From Azolla caroliniana (Eukaryota > Plantae > Polypodiophyta): a stretch of DNA of 64,000 bases. The position numbers and the translations under genes were made by a program. This document shows, in pieces, positions 1-12,400 of the stretch; the first letter of the stretch is position 1, and each line of letters opens with the position of its first letter. The stretch spans positions 3,596,001 to 3,660,000 of the forward strand of contig JBHGNT010000020.1 of assembly GCA_043228905.1 (NCBI GenBank), in the 5' to 3' direction. A model generated the notes under the pieces. The model saw nothing but the letters and a program-made list of their open reading frames with translations, did not search any database and was not told where the DNA came from.

Positions 1-2630
1 TACCGGTGCCGGTGATGATTCTCCTGCCGTCATGGCCGTCTTCAGTCCTTCCATGAATCTTGGCACGAGTTGTAGGAGTCTTCCTAGTGGCAGCGTAATC
101 TGGCATTCTTGCAACGCCTGCCGTGTCTCGTTCTCGGAGTGACTGCCGCCGGCAAGCCCTACGGTGTTCTCCTTTTGCCGTTGTAAGTCTGTGACATTCT
201 GCTCGTTTGCTTTCTTCACCCATTCCGTCGCTTGCTTCCGGATGGTCTCCTGCGTCTCCCATTCCTTGGCCATGCCCTTCGACCTTGTGGTCACCTGCTG
301 CAGATCTGCCACCTCAGGGACCACCATATTTACCGCCGGTCGTTTTTCATAGCTCTTCACCGGGCATTGATTACTATAATGGCCTTCCTGTCGGCAGTAG
401 TAGCAGTAGGCTTTTCGGGTATTGCTGGATTCGGCATTGTCTGTTGTACCCGAGGCAGGTCCTGTGGTAAGCGCGGGGTTTTGGGCCGGTTGGCTGCTTG
501 AAGCTCCTTGTTCCGGATCCCGTGGGTAGCCGCCTTTTTTGAAATGCCGTTTTTTGTTATAGTTCTTCTTATTGCGGTACTCTTGATGAGGTTGCTTGTT
601 ATATCTGCCGTATTCCTCCTGTTGTTGACGATAACCAGGGGAGTGCTCCCGGTCGTAATGTTCGTATCGTCTATTGTAATCCCGGTACCGATCATATCTA
701 TCATGCCAGCCATAGTTATCCCGCCGATCACCGTACCGGACATCATTCTCCCGTCGATCACCATACCGGACATCCTGTGCCGGTCGGTCGCGGTTCATTC
801 GCCGCCAGCGTTCCTCTTCCTCATCCCGGCTGCTGCGTGGCTCTATTTGTCGGACGGGCGGTGCTTGCCGGTTCAATAGATTATACTCGCACCTATCCGT
901 CGTATGGCCCTTGGATTGGCAGATTACACATTGTGTCCTCATAGTGCATTCTAGAGCCGAGTGTCTGGAATTCAAGCAGGTTGTGCACTGTATTGCTTGC
1001 CGAAACCAGAGGTCTTCATCAGACGGTAACGCTCGTTGGAGTGCTCCCAGTGTGAGCCAGGAGCTTGTCTTTTCCATCTCTCTCACCCGGTCAATGACCT
1101 GGTCGATGGTACTTGTGCGGAAGTCAATTACCGTGCAAACCGTGCGTAGGGGTTCCCGAAGCGCATTTAGGAATTTAGTCCGTAATTCCTCTTCTGGGGG
1201 TGCGCGGGCAAGCTGACTATGCATCCGTTGAAACCGGATGACAAACTGGGGAATGCTCTCCCCTGCCTCCTATTGGATGATATAAAATAAGCCCACCATT
1301 ACGGTCTGGTCCACCTCCTTTTGGAAAAAATGCAAGAATTTAGCTTTTAAATCTACAAAGTTGGTGATGGTAGACGGGTCCTGCGTTCGGCGCCATCTTG
1401 TTGCCGGTCCCTCCAATGTGACGCCAAATTCCGCTATCTTAGAGCGTTCCTCTTCTTCCGGGGTCAATCGCTGGGACACATGGTTGGCTTCCCATGTCTG
1501 TTCAAAGGCGTGCACATGAGCTTCCGCGTCCAGATCATTTCTATACTTGGAGTACTGGAACAGCATGTCGTCGTCCGATATCGGTGCGCGGGCTAGCAGT
1601 GTTGGTGGTCGTTCCTGGATTTTCTTCGGCGTCGGTGGTCTTTCCTGATTTGTTTCCGGCGTCGGTGGTCTTTCTTCTTCTTTTGGTGACAGAGGCCTCT
1701 CCTCCTCGACTTCTAGTGTCGGAGGTCGCTCTTTGTTTGCTGGTTCCGGAGGTTCTAGCCTTAGTAATTCCGGTTCCGGTGTCGGTAAGGTGTCCGATCC
1801 TTCGTCCTCCGGTCCGCTCGGGGTTTCGTTGCTGCTACGGTAGTTCGTGTGCACGCTGTATTCCCCTTCGGAATCCGATTCATACGCTGAAAAGGCTTCT
1901 ACTTCACCTTCTCCGTTTGCCAACGCCTGGAGAAGGGATTCGGTTTCCTGGAGGCTGCTTAGGCTGCTGCCGTCGTCCGGGTGCGATGTTTGCTGCAACT
2001 AGAGGGAGTCCTCCGGATTACGTTGGAAAACGAGCGATCCACTCTAATTTCCTGCGCTGCTTGCTGGAAAGCCTCACGTTTCCTTTGCCTTTTGGCAAGG
2101 TGTCGAGTTTGATCTGTAACCAGGTCGTGCGTTGATCTAGTCATCCATTCGTGCCGTCGTTCGCTGCAAAAACAGGAATCGTGGTCGCCAAAAACTGTGT
2201 TAACTCTTAGGGCTGGACAATGGCCTAACACAAGGTGTCTACGGAAGACACTTTACCAAAGGGGTGTTACGGCAACAAGATTAGACTCAACGATTAATCT
2301 GACTTAATTAGGTTACTTAGCATGATCGTCTTTAATAATCACACGCGTAAGATATAACAATGAATGCAGAACGACAATTAACACAGAGAGATAAAAACAC
2401 TAAGCTTTATTAATTAACCGTTGTTCATTACATTGTATCTGGGCCTTTAAATAGGTTTCCAGTCTGTATTACAAAACGGTGCCATCCGCACCTGTTCGGG
2501 ATCGGTCCGGATCCGGAACGGCATACCGATTCCGGTCCGTCCGTCCACACTCATAGCTTACTTACAACCATTCCGTCTAATTAAATAACTCCCCGTTTCA
2601 CACTCTGGACTCCTTTGTCGGCCGGTAACA
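1..2630 (-). mobile_element. 5' part of a Ty3/gypsy LTR retrotransposon (non-chromovirus, Athila/Tat-like); continues off the left edge
   Basis: LTR at about 2196-2630 (minus strand starts TGTTAC, ends GTTAACA). PBS TGGCGACCAC at 2190-2181 matches the plant tRNA-Arg(UCG) 3' end as recalled. Gag ORF 1998-1270 (DAEAHVHAFEQTW...LEGPATRW...LKAKFL) continues past a stop into Cys/His knuckles (CTTCLNSRHSALEC, CVICQSKGHTTDRC) and AVNMVVPEVADLQQVTTRSK. Confidence 0.8.
2196..2630 (-). repeat. 5' LTR of the left-edge gypsy element
   Basis: TG...CA ends with short inverted termini (TGTTAAC / GTAACA); next to the PBS; the sequence switches abruptly to integrase coding at 2631. Confidence 0.7.
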
Positions 2631-3039
2631 AGCTACGCAAGATACAAGAGGATTTATCTACTCATTTACAACAAGCTCAATAAACACACAAGGTTTACGC
2701 GGATCATCATCGGCTTCCATCCAGTTTTAACATTGGAGATCGGTTATGGCTACTACAACGACACATCAAGACTACTTGCCCATGCGAGAAGTTGGATTAT
2801 CGGCGATTAAGTCCTTTCCATATTATAGAAAAGATTAATGATGTTGCTTTTCATCTCGATCTACTTCCGCAACTACGGATACAACCGATGTTTCATAGTT
2901 CTCTCCTAGAACCCTATCAGGACAACACCATCCCAGGTCGTATTAAACCACCTCCACCCTCGATCGAACTTGAAGATGGATCTGAGTACGAGGTGGCCAC
3001 CATCCTCGATTCCAAGATTGTTCGCAACAAGTTCTATAT
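2631..3039 (+). pseudogene. Chromovirus (Tcn1-like gypsy) integrase C-terminus and N-terminal half of the chromodomain
   Basis: Translation KVYADHHR...FNIGDRLWL...IKTTCPCEKLDYRRLSPF...FHSSLLEPY...PPPPSIELEDGSEYEVATILDSKIVRNKFY (GPF-type region plus chromodomain start). Confidence 0.85.
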
Positions 3040-4543
3040 TTAACGATCACCCGACCCGACATTAGCTATCCCGTCGGAGTGAGCAGTCAATTCAGGTAGA
3101 AGCCAACCGTGGAGCACCTTCAGTGCGCGCATTGACTACTGAGGTATGTTAGCGGCACTAAGGACTGGGGACTTCTATACCAACATAGTATAACTGAGAA
3201 GCTAGTCGGATATACGAATGTCGACTGGGCTGGTGATGCATCAGATCGGCGATCAACATCCGGATTTATGTTTTCTCTGGGTAGCATAGCTGTTGCGTGG
3301 AGCAACAAGAAGTAGCTGACAGTGGCTCTTTTGAGCACTGAGGCTGAGTATTGGGGCGCTACCGTTGCCACCTATGAAGCCATTTGGCTTCGGCGGCTAC
3401 TGCAAGAACTCCGGATTGAAGAACTGACTCTGATCCTGATCCATTGTGACAACATGAGCAACATGCAGTTGGTCAAGAACCCCATGTTCCATGCTCGAAC
3501 GAAGCACATAGAAGTGCATTACCACTTTGTGCACGAGCGGGTCCTCAGTGGTGAAGTCGAATTCCCGAATGGATCAACAGGTTGCCGACATCTTCAACAA
3601 GGCACTTGGAACCGACAAGTTGCAACATTTTTCAGAGATGCTTGGTCTTCAACATCTTGACATGCCACAATTGAGGGGGAGAACTAGGAATGATATGGGG
3701 AGAACCAGAACCGGAACAGAAACTGGAAAAGCAGGAAATGGCACCGAACAAGCGGTCGGAGAGAAGGAAACAAACGAAGCAGGGGGAGACAATAACAAAA
3801 ACGGAGCCGAGTTGACTAAAGAAGTCGGCACATCCAATAAAGTTAGAACAAGTGGTGATAGCGGCAGAGTCAAGAAGGACAGAGCCGACCGGAGGAAGAA
3901 TGCCAAGACCTAGACGCGGTCCGCCGTGGTGAAGGGCCTGAAGATTGGAGAAGAATTGGAGACAACCAATTTGGACAAGAGTTGGAACGAATCGGAGGCA
4001 CTCGATTCAAAGAAGCCGAATCAATTGAAGGTCAAACAGAGGAGATCGTAGATGAAGTCGACACCGACACGAAGGAATCGACGGGTCAAGAAGCGCCGAA
4101 GTCGCAACAACGATAAAGCTGAGATGGGCCTTATGAGCAGACAAGTCGACTGAGAGGGTCGAGAGGCGCAGAACCGGACGGGTCGAGGAGCGTGAGCAAA
4201 GCAGGAAGATGCTAGGAGGAGCCAGAGGGAAGGACCGATAGACACTGACACCACGATTTGACCTCAAGTTGAACTTGACGGGCTGTGTTGAGCGGACAAG
4301 CTCAACCGGATCCGGATCAGTATTCGGAACGGACAACTGGATAGGTATCCGAATGGGTATCTAGAACCAAGAGCCGGATCAGATTGTATCCAATAGGCCG
4401 TTAGAGGCCTACAATCCTAGCATTGAAGTACTTGTCAGTCCTTTTAAGGACTTGTATAAAAATTGTTCTGTAGGACATTTGTATGTACAAAGTGTTCTTA
4501 TTTTGAATTGAGTTTATGATGTTCTGCTCTCTATGTCTCTCCC
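3037..4543 (+). mobile_element. Ty1/copia 3' fragment (element C, related to D): RT end, RNase H, 3' extension, truncated 3' LTR
   Basis: YLTITRPDISYPVG...DWAGDASDRRSTSG...STEAEY...CDN...HARTKHIEVHYHFV. The LTR starts TGTTGAGCGGACAAGCTCAAC at 4286, resembles the D LTR and is cut at TGTCTCTCCC (4534-4543). Confidence 0.85.
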
Positions 4544-4859
4544 GTGTACCATGCATTCTTAAGCTTCCATTAAACCTTCATTTTTGTTTTACTGTTGTTA
4601 TCCAACTGAGCCGGTTGGTCTACAAGTTTCCACACGCTATTCTTTTCAATTCGTGCCTTGATCGTCTCCTCTCTAGTTAGTGTCCTTGCACTTAGTTGTC
4701 TCTCCCGTGTACCATGCATTCTTAAGCTTCCATTAAACCTTCATTTTTGTTTTACTGTTGTTATCCAACTGAGCCGGTTGGTCTACAAGTTTCCACACGC
4801 TATTCTTTTCAATTCGTGCCTTGATCGTCTCCTCTCTAGTTAGTGTCCTTGCACTTAGT
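4534..4859. repeat. Tandem duplication, 2 x 163 bp
   Basis: 4534-4696 is repeated essentially identically at 4697-4859. Confidence 0.95.
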
Positions 4860-4980
4860 TGTGTCCCTGGCTTCTCGATTCTTTGGACTTTGCCTTTTCG
4901 GCTCGACCGATCCGATCATTCTTTGACGTTCCTTCTCCTACTATTCATTCGGCTCCTTTCTGCTCGGTTCCTTGTCGCAG
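4534..4980 (-). mobile_element. Displaced 3' tail of copia B (continues at 33220)
   Basis: GCAG flanks both ends of element A (4977-4980 and 33220-33223). Removing A joins this segment to the RNase H end of B. Confidence 0.6.
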
Positions 4981-5293
4981 TGTTGAGAATCAAGCTCAAC
5001 CTAGTCTAGTGTGTGAACACACCCTTGAGAGTGTGCACTCAAAGGTCAAAAGTCACCACTCTTATCTACACATTAACTATGTGTCATAGAATCATATTCT
5101 ATGACACATAACTAATGACTTTTCACATTCCCCATGGCCCATGAGCTTTGGTAGTTAATGAAGAGAGAGAGTGACTATATAAAGCACTCTCCTCCTACTT
5201 TGTAATTAGTTCAGTTAATCTCCTTTGAAATATACATTGTCTTGAGTATTCTATTAGTCTTCAAATCTATCTATCTTGTGTTTCTCTCTCTCT

Positions 5294-5350
<57 letters not shown>

Positions 5351-5410
5351 ACTCACAACACATATCTCTAGTCTATTCCGTTGCATAAGAATCACCATCG
5401 ATTCTTTACA
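4981..5410 (+). repeat. 5' LTR of A, contains a (CT)n(CA)n microsatellite
   Basis: TGTTGAGAATCAAGCTC...ATTCTTTACA; direct repeat of 32815-33219. Confidence 0.95.
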
Positions 5411-5921
5411 TGGTATTAGAGTGAGGTTGGTAGCTTGATCTCGCCCATCCGCGTGTGTTGAGCTCTACGCCGATGTTCAAGAAGAACCGGCTCATCGCCT
5501 CATCGCTATCGTAGTGCGACTACATAGCTCGTATTCAAGAGAGAAGAAGAAGGAAGAGATCTACATCGAACACCATGTATACTCAAATGGGGAGCGCTCT
5601 CCCTAGCGAGAAGTTGGACTGAAACAACTTCGCATATTGGGAGTACAAGATGCATCAATACCTTGTCAGTACATCAAAGGAGCACAAGAAAACTTGCCTG
5701 ACCCGGAAGACGCTATCGTGAAGATTTTCGGCAACGGTGTGAAAATTGCGTGAAATCAAGAAGGTGTAATGTGCACACGAATGAAAGGGGTGATGGTTAC
5801 ACTCATACGTTAGCATGTTGTAAATATAAATGTAATGAGAACACCTAAAACCTATTTGCATTTTCAAGCATGCACATACGAAGGGGTGCAAGTATTGAAC
5901 CTTGCACTTCCAAGATAGAAG

Positions 5922-6104
5922 ACAACTGACTTACCATTAGGCTAATCTATTTCTTTAGATCATCATTATGTTTTTCATATATGAATGCTCATACATGAGA
6001 GCTTGGATGAGGTACATGGTCATCATGCATCACATGTGATGCATGAGCACCAAATGGCAATCATGCATTGTATGCATATCTTACACCCTCAAATGCACAT
6101 ATGC
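5922..6104. repeat. Extra 183-bp unit duplicated in the 5' LTR of E only
   Basis: ACAACTGACTTACCATTAGGC occurs at 5922 and 6105 but only once in the 3' LTR. Confidence 0.9.
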
Positions 6105-7065
6105 ACAACTGACTTACCATTAGGCTAATCTATTTCTTTAGATCATCATTATGTTTTTCACATATGAATGCTCATACACGAGAGCTTGGATGAGGTACAT
6201 GGTCATCATGCATGAGCGCCAAATGGCAATCAAGCATTGTATGCATGTCTTACACCCTCACATGCACATATGTATGGGGGCATCTATATAAGTGGGAATC
6301 GATCAATGAATCAAGAGAGCTATGTATCAAGCAAGCTATGGATTAAATCAAGATATCTTAATAAGAAAACCTAGTTATTTTATTGGTGATGTGTCTTGTT
6401 TCTCTAAATTAAAGTCAAGGGTTCAAACCTAGAATTGGAATTTCAATCCGTCAATCAATCAATCAATCTATCTTAAACACTTCCTCCATTTCCGTTTTTC
6501 TCTCTCTCACTCTCAACCACATTAGTGAGTCACTTCAGCTGCCTACACGTCAATCCACCGCATTGTTGAGTTGGGTTTGGGTGCATCTTCGACAACAAAG
6601 GACGACCCGGCAATAAACGAAACGGCCAATTCCTTAGAAACAAAACTCACCCAATTCGTTCTCCTTGGTCAAAGACTTTAGTTGTCCCATTCGACCGACC
6701 CGTAGGCGCCAAAATCCCATCATCAATCCTCCATAACCACTAACGGATAGAGACTTGGTGCTTGTCCGTGTTTGTGATGTGCACATCCTGATGTTTGGCA
6801 CATGTGTCACGTGCCATGCGGCATCTATTTGGTGAACCCGACATGAACAACACAAGGTGGTAATGGGGGCATCGCGAATGATGGATGTGATCTTGGATGC
6901 ATACGACTTAGAGGAGTCGATAATAATAGAAGGTGGTCCGCGGCTTATGATGCTTCCATTTGTAAGGAAGGCCATCGAAATGATGTTTCATGATGATAAG
7001 GATAGAGCGTTGGAGTATCTCAAGTTTGTAAGGTAAGTCGAAAGACTATATCTAGAAATTCCGGA

Positions 7066-8829
7066 TTGGTACGAAGTGGTTCTGACGTCAAGATTTGGGC
7101 CTCAACCTTTTATGGTTTGCTCGATGGTGACGACGATGAAGATGATCGAGATTGGCATAGTTGCGGTTGTGAAGAGACATGTGACGAAGAACAAGGCTTT
7201 GAAGAGAGATATCGAGATCGACATGCCTATGGTCGTTACGAGGATCGTTGCAATCTCGACAAAGGAGAAACATGTGACGAAGAACGTGGACTCAAGAGGG
7301 AAGATCGAAAAGGATGCGATAATGAAGAGACATGGAACAAAGAACATGCGTTCGAGGGGAATGGCCAAGATACTCAAGGATGTGATCATGAAGAGATGTG
7401 CCACAAAGAATGTGGGTTCAAGGGAAAAGACCAAGAACGTGGGATGGAGTGGAAGGACCAAGATACTCAAGGATGCAATCTTGAAGCGAGATGTGACGCA
7501 GAATGTGGACTCAAGAGGGAAGATCGAGAAGGATGCGATAATGAAGAGACATGGAACGAAGAACATGCGTTTGAGGGGAAAGACCAAGATACTCAGGGAT
7601 GCAGTCATGAAGAGACATGTGACAAAGAGCGTGGGCTTGAGGAGAAAGGTCAAGATCTACATGGTCATGACAAAGACAAAGATCATTACAAACTCACAAA
7701 GAGTGCTCGAGATCTACAAGGTTATGATCGTGACAAAGATTACTGCAAACACAAGAGGAGGAATCAATGTCGAGCTCTTCATGGTTGTGCTAATGAAAGA
7801 GCACTCGACGAAAGTCATGACGGTGATTGTAGTTGGGATCAAGACTCTCATGGTTTAGATTTTGATGACAAGTATGATAGGTTTGATGAGAGCCACGAAC
7901 AAGAGAAGAGGTTAGGAAGAGACGAAAACTTTACATTTAAACGTAATGACGGTGATGATAATAACGATATGTATGATTTAGGGCTAGATGATAGTAAGGA
8001 AGAGTGTATTATTGAGGGTGAGAATGAGTGCCATGAGAAGAATGAGGGTTATGATGATAAAAAGTTGTGCACTTTCTATGGATATGGTTACGATAAGGGT
8101 AATGATGAGAATGTGAGTGACGAAGAGGAATTGTGTGTTTTAGGTTGCATTGGGTTTCTTCGAGATAGATTTTATAAGAGTTTCACTAGATCAAATGGTG
8201 ACATTCATGCGGGCATCCATTATGAAAATAGAGTAGGGGTTTGTGATGATGAGGACGTTTTACAAAAATATGTACATGATGATGTGGGGTTACATAATGA
8301 TCACATGGGTATAAGTAAGGAAAATCTAGAAAATGTTATTTGGGACGTGTCTAATGATGATGTTGATGTTGTGAGTTTATGTGGGAAGGATAAGAGTAAT
8401 ATTGAGGATAATCTAGAAAATGCTATGATGGTTTGGGACGTATATGATGATAATGTTGGTGTAGTGAGTGTGTTCAAGAAAGATGAGTTTAGGGTAGATG
8501 ATATTGAATATGATGGTTATCTCGTGATAAATGATTTGGTGATTAAAGATATACTTAACTCAAAGGATGATGATGATGTAAGTACAATTAACATTGAGGT
8601 TGGTATCGAAGAAGATGATATTGTGTTAAAATGGATGGTTATTACTTATAAAGAAGAAAGGAAAGAAGTGATTATGAGGACTACCCATGGGAAGGAAGGG
8701 AAAGATGCATCAAGATGGTGGGATGTCCAACTAAACAGAGGAGGTTGTATTGCCAACATTTTCATATCCCATCTCAAAGAAAAAGATTGGCTAATTAGAA
8801 GAAGCACTCGGTTTTTGGATTCGGTTTGA
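7066..8829 (+). CDS. Internal ORF of E: acidic Asp/Glu-rich protein with Cys-containing tandem repeats; function unknown
   Basis: 587-codon open frame with ETCDEERG / GCDNEETW / DTQGC repeats at about 7170-7760. No RT, integrase or protease motifs. The true start is uncertain; a degenerate upstream frame begins about 6881. Confidence 0.45.
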   Translation: MVRSGSDVKIWASTFYGLLDGDDDEDDRDWHSCGCEETCDEEQGFEERYRDRHAYGRYEDRCNLDKGETCDEERGLKREDRKGCDNEETWNKEHAFEGNGQDTQGCDHEEMCHKECGFKGKDQERGMEWKDQDTQGCNLEARCDAECGLKREDREGCDNEETWNEEHAFEGKDQDTQGCSHEETCDKERGLEEKGQDLHGHDKDKDHYKLTKSARDLQGYDRDKDYCKHKRRNQCRALHGCANERALDESHDGDCSWDQDSHGLDFDDKYDRFDESHEQEKRLGRDENFTFKRNDGDDNNDMYDLGLDDSKEECIIEGENECHEKNEGYDDKKLCTFYGYGYDKGNDENVSDEEELCVLGCIGFLRDRFYKSFTRSNGDIHAGIHYENRVGVCDDEDVLQKYVHDDVGLHNDHMGISKENLENVIWDVSNDDVDVVSLCGKDKSNIEDNLENAMMVWDVYDDNVGVVSVFKKDEFRVDDIEYDGYLVINDLVIKDILNSKDDDDVSTINIEVGIEEDDIVLKWMVITYKEERKEVIMRTTHGKEGKDASRWWDVQLNRGGCIANIFISHLKEKDWLIRRSTRFLDSV

Positions 8830-9357
8830 CAAGCCACATCAACTGCGCTCCAAGAAGATCAAAGAAGGAGGCCGGGTCGGGTATTGGTCTACAAAAAACT
8901 TCGGCAACCAACACAAGACGGCAATAAAGTTCGCAAGAAGTTGGTTCAGATCATATGTGGAGCTAGACGGATCAAGGTTGGCCATACCCATTACCAGGAA
9001 AAGATCTTCCAGAAAAGACTAGTTGAGGGTCCCGAGTTCAATGACCTCAACAATGAAGATAGTAAGGTGGAACCCACAAATGTGAGTGAGGTCAATGAAG
9101 ATGTGGAAGAATCTCACACCGTAGTTGAAATCTCACACTCTTTTCTTGGCACGTACCAGAGGACGTACGGTTTGGTGGGGGTGGATGTCGTGAAGATTTT
9201 CGGCAACCGTGTGAAAATCGTGTGGAATTGAGAAGGTGTAATGTGCACACGAATGAAAGGGGTGATGGTTACACTCATACGTTAGCATGTTGTAAATATA
9301 AATGTAATGAGAACACCTAAAACCTATTTTCATTTTCAAGCATACGAAGGGGTGCAA

Positions 9358-9410
9358 GTATTGAACCTTGCACCTCCAAGATAGAAGACAACTGACTTAC
9401 CATTAGGCTA
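9358..9410 (-). promoter_or_regulatory. tRNA-like Pol III A-box/B-box module in the E 3' LTR (second copy at 5892-5944)
   Basis: Minus strand: TAGCCTAATGG (fits TRGCNNARYGG), then GTTCAATAC (fits GTTCRANNC) 44 nt later, inside the stem GCAAG/CTTGC. Confidence 0.55.
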
Positions 9411-12400
9411 AGCTATTTCTTTATATTATCATTATGTTTTTCACATATGAATGCTCATACATGAGAGCTTGGATGAGGTACATGGTCATCATGCATGAGC
9501 GCCAAATGGCAATCAAGCATTGTATGCATGTCTTACACCCTCACATGCACATATGCATGGGGGCATCTATATAAGTGGGAATCGATCGATGAATCAAGAG
9601 AGCTATGTATCAAGCAAGCTATGGATTAAATCAAGATATCTTAATAAGAAAACCTAGTTATTTTATTGGTGATGTGTCTTGTTTCTCTAAATTAAAGTCA
9701 AGGGCTCAAACCTAGAATTGGAATTTCAATCTGTCAATCAATCAATCTATCTATCTTAAACACTTCCTCCATTTCCGTTTTTCTCTCTCTCACTCTCAAC
9801 CACATTAGTGAGTCACTTCAGCTGCCTACACGTCAATCCACCGCATCGTTGAGTCGGGTTCGGGTGCATCTTCGACAACAAAGGACGACCTGGCAATAAA
9901 CGAAACGGCCAATTCCTTAGAAACAAAACTCACCCGATTTGTTCTCCTTGGTCAAAGACTTCGGTGGTCCCATTTGACCGACTTGTAGGCGCCGAAATCC
10001 CATCATCAATTCTCCATAACCACTAGCGGATAGAGACTTGGTGCTTGTCCGCATTTGTGACGTGCACATCCTGATGTTTGGCATGTGTGTCACGAGCCAC
10101 ACGACAACACCGACTATGCAACATGGGAGCAAGTGGCGAGTCGAGTAATGTATTGCTTGGCGACATGTGTTCACGACCACATGCTTGGTTACATTTGAGA
10201 AATTGAGACGCTGAAGGAAGTGTGGGAAATCTACGAAAGATTTTCGCCGCCAACAAGACTGCGAGGATGCTTCAACTCCGCCAAGAGTTGAACAACATCC
10301 AACAAAGGGATATGTCCATCACAAGCTACACCTTGAAGATCAAGGTGCTTTGTGATGCACTCGGCTCAATAAGCGTCAATGTAGAGGATGAAGAAATGGT
10401 GCAAATATGTCTTAGTGGCCTTGCACCATGATTCAGCGTGATGCGGACCGCCGTACTAACACGGGAGAATCCACCCTCCTTCTTCGATCTTCAATCTATG
10501 CTATTGGTCGAAGAGAATCATGTTCGAACAAGGAGCAACACCTTGTAAGGCCACATGCTCTACACGCATTTGAATGGAGGAAGAGGACGTGGCTGAGCAA
10601 GAAGCCGATTTGGCCAATGACGAGGCGGCGGATGACGTCCGACTTACGACAACAACTCCCAATTTCAGCAACAAGACGGAAGCCATCGAGGAACCTTTGG
10701 AAGAATTGGGAGCTTCCATTCTGGTTTGAGTCGACAAAACTCGATCGAAAGCGGATATTGCGGTAAAATGCCATCATGAAGAAGAGTGCCGGAAGAAGAA
10801 GCGCATGTCGACTTCCACAAGCCGACAACTCACAAATTATGCCACTAACTCCGATTATGGAGGCCTTGGTGGAATGATCGTGATGAGACATAGAGAAAAT
10901 TCTATGCCGGCCTCTACTTCGACTAATGCCTCCAATCCGGAAAATGTATGGTTCGTCGACTCCGGTACTTCGAACCATATGACGTCCTGTCAAGAATGGT
11001 TCTGAGACTTACGAGAGCTAGATCGACCCGGTTATATCGAGACCAGGGATGACACCACTCATCCTATTCGACATATTGGCAATGTCCCATTCGGGGAAGA
11101 CGACGAACAAACTTCCATAAAAAATGTATTACATGTACCCACCATAACGAAGAATTTGGTCTCGGTCAGCCAAATAGTGGAGCAAGGGATGCAAGTTCAA
11201 TTCAACCAAGGTGGTTGCTTCATCGAGAAGGAGGCCGACTCGCTCGGGGTCGAAGGGAAGGTAGAAGGTCTATCCTCAAATCAAACGAGGTGAAATCATC
11301 CATGTACGCAAAGGGCCTCAAATCTGACACCGACATAGAGCTATGGCATAAAAGAATCAACCATATCAATCTCAACAAACTGAAGGCGATACAAACGAAA
11401 GGACTCGTCATCGGGATCCCGACCTTCAAAGAGAAAGAGATTGAAGGAGTATGTGAAGCATGCCAATTCGGCAAGCAACAACGACACCCGTTCCCGAAGG
11501 AGAGGAACGTGAACAAAGGCCTATTGGACGTGGTCCACTCAGATGTGTGGGGACCGGCACAGACGGCTACGTTCGGAGGGTGTCGGTACTATGTTACCTT
11601 CATCGATGACTTCTCTAGATACACATGGATCTTTCCCATGAGGATGAAGAATGAAGTGTTTACACATCTCCAAAAATTCAAACATGAAGTTGAAAAGACA
11701 ACAGGGCGTCATGTACGATGTCTTCGGTCAGATGGAGGAATACTTCTCTGATGCGTTCATAGCATACCTTTGACAAGAAGGAATTCGGCGAGAATTCACT
11801 TGTCAACACACACCGCAACAGAATGGTGTAGTCGAACGCAAGAATCGGCACATCCTCAAAGTAGCAAGGGACATGCTAAATGAGAAGCATATGCCCAAGT
11901 TGTGTTGGGCAGAAGCTGCAAATACCGCCGTCTACCTCATGAACTGGTGCACAACATCCGGAGTGCATGAGGTCACCCCGCACAAGAAATACTATAGGAA
12001 GAAGCCGGATCTATCCCATGTAAGGATATTCGGCTCCATTGCATATGTGCACATTCCCCATGAGAAGCGGTAGAAGCTTGACCCAAAATCAGAGAATTGC
12101 ATCTTCGTGGGGTACTCACTGGAGCAAAAGGGGTGCAAGTGCTTCAACCCCTCTACTCGGAAGACTCATGTAAGTCGGGATGTCGTCTTTGATGAATCGA
12201 CACCATGGTACAAACCCGAGCTGACTCCTCCCGAACCATCTATGAACGACCTCGACAACACAGAAGACGATGATCAAGTAAGGTCAATACTCGAAGAGAG
12301 TCCAATCTCAACCAGATTGAGCGGACCACAAGAGCCTCCGAGCAACCAAAGCACATCTCGGCCAAGTCCAAAGATGGACAAAGGGAAGGCCAAAATGTCG

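Larger units (their letters stand above)
5714..10106 (+). mobile_element. Non-autonomous (pol-less) LTR element E
   Basis: LTRs 5714-6823 and 9186-10106. PBS TGGTGAACCCGACATGAA at 6830-6847 (tRNA-Trp, 1 mismatch). PPT TTTGGTGGGGGTGGA at 9171-9185. 4-bp TSD ACGC/ACAC; removing the element restores A gag E-D-A-D-Y-A-T-W-E-Q. Confidence 0.9.

Noticed and set aside
4977-4980. Element A as another true 4-bp-TSD element
   Set aside because: Only GCAG matches, but the 3' LTR end is mutated and relative D has a 5-bp TSD; more likely a decayed 5-bp TSD.
7170-7760. Regularly spaced repeats resembling a CRISPR array
   Set aside because: The spacers are themselves homologous, there are no cas genes and the context is eukaryotic; it is a coding minisatellite.
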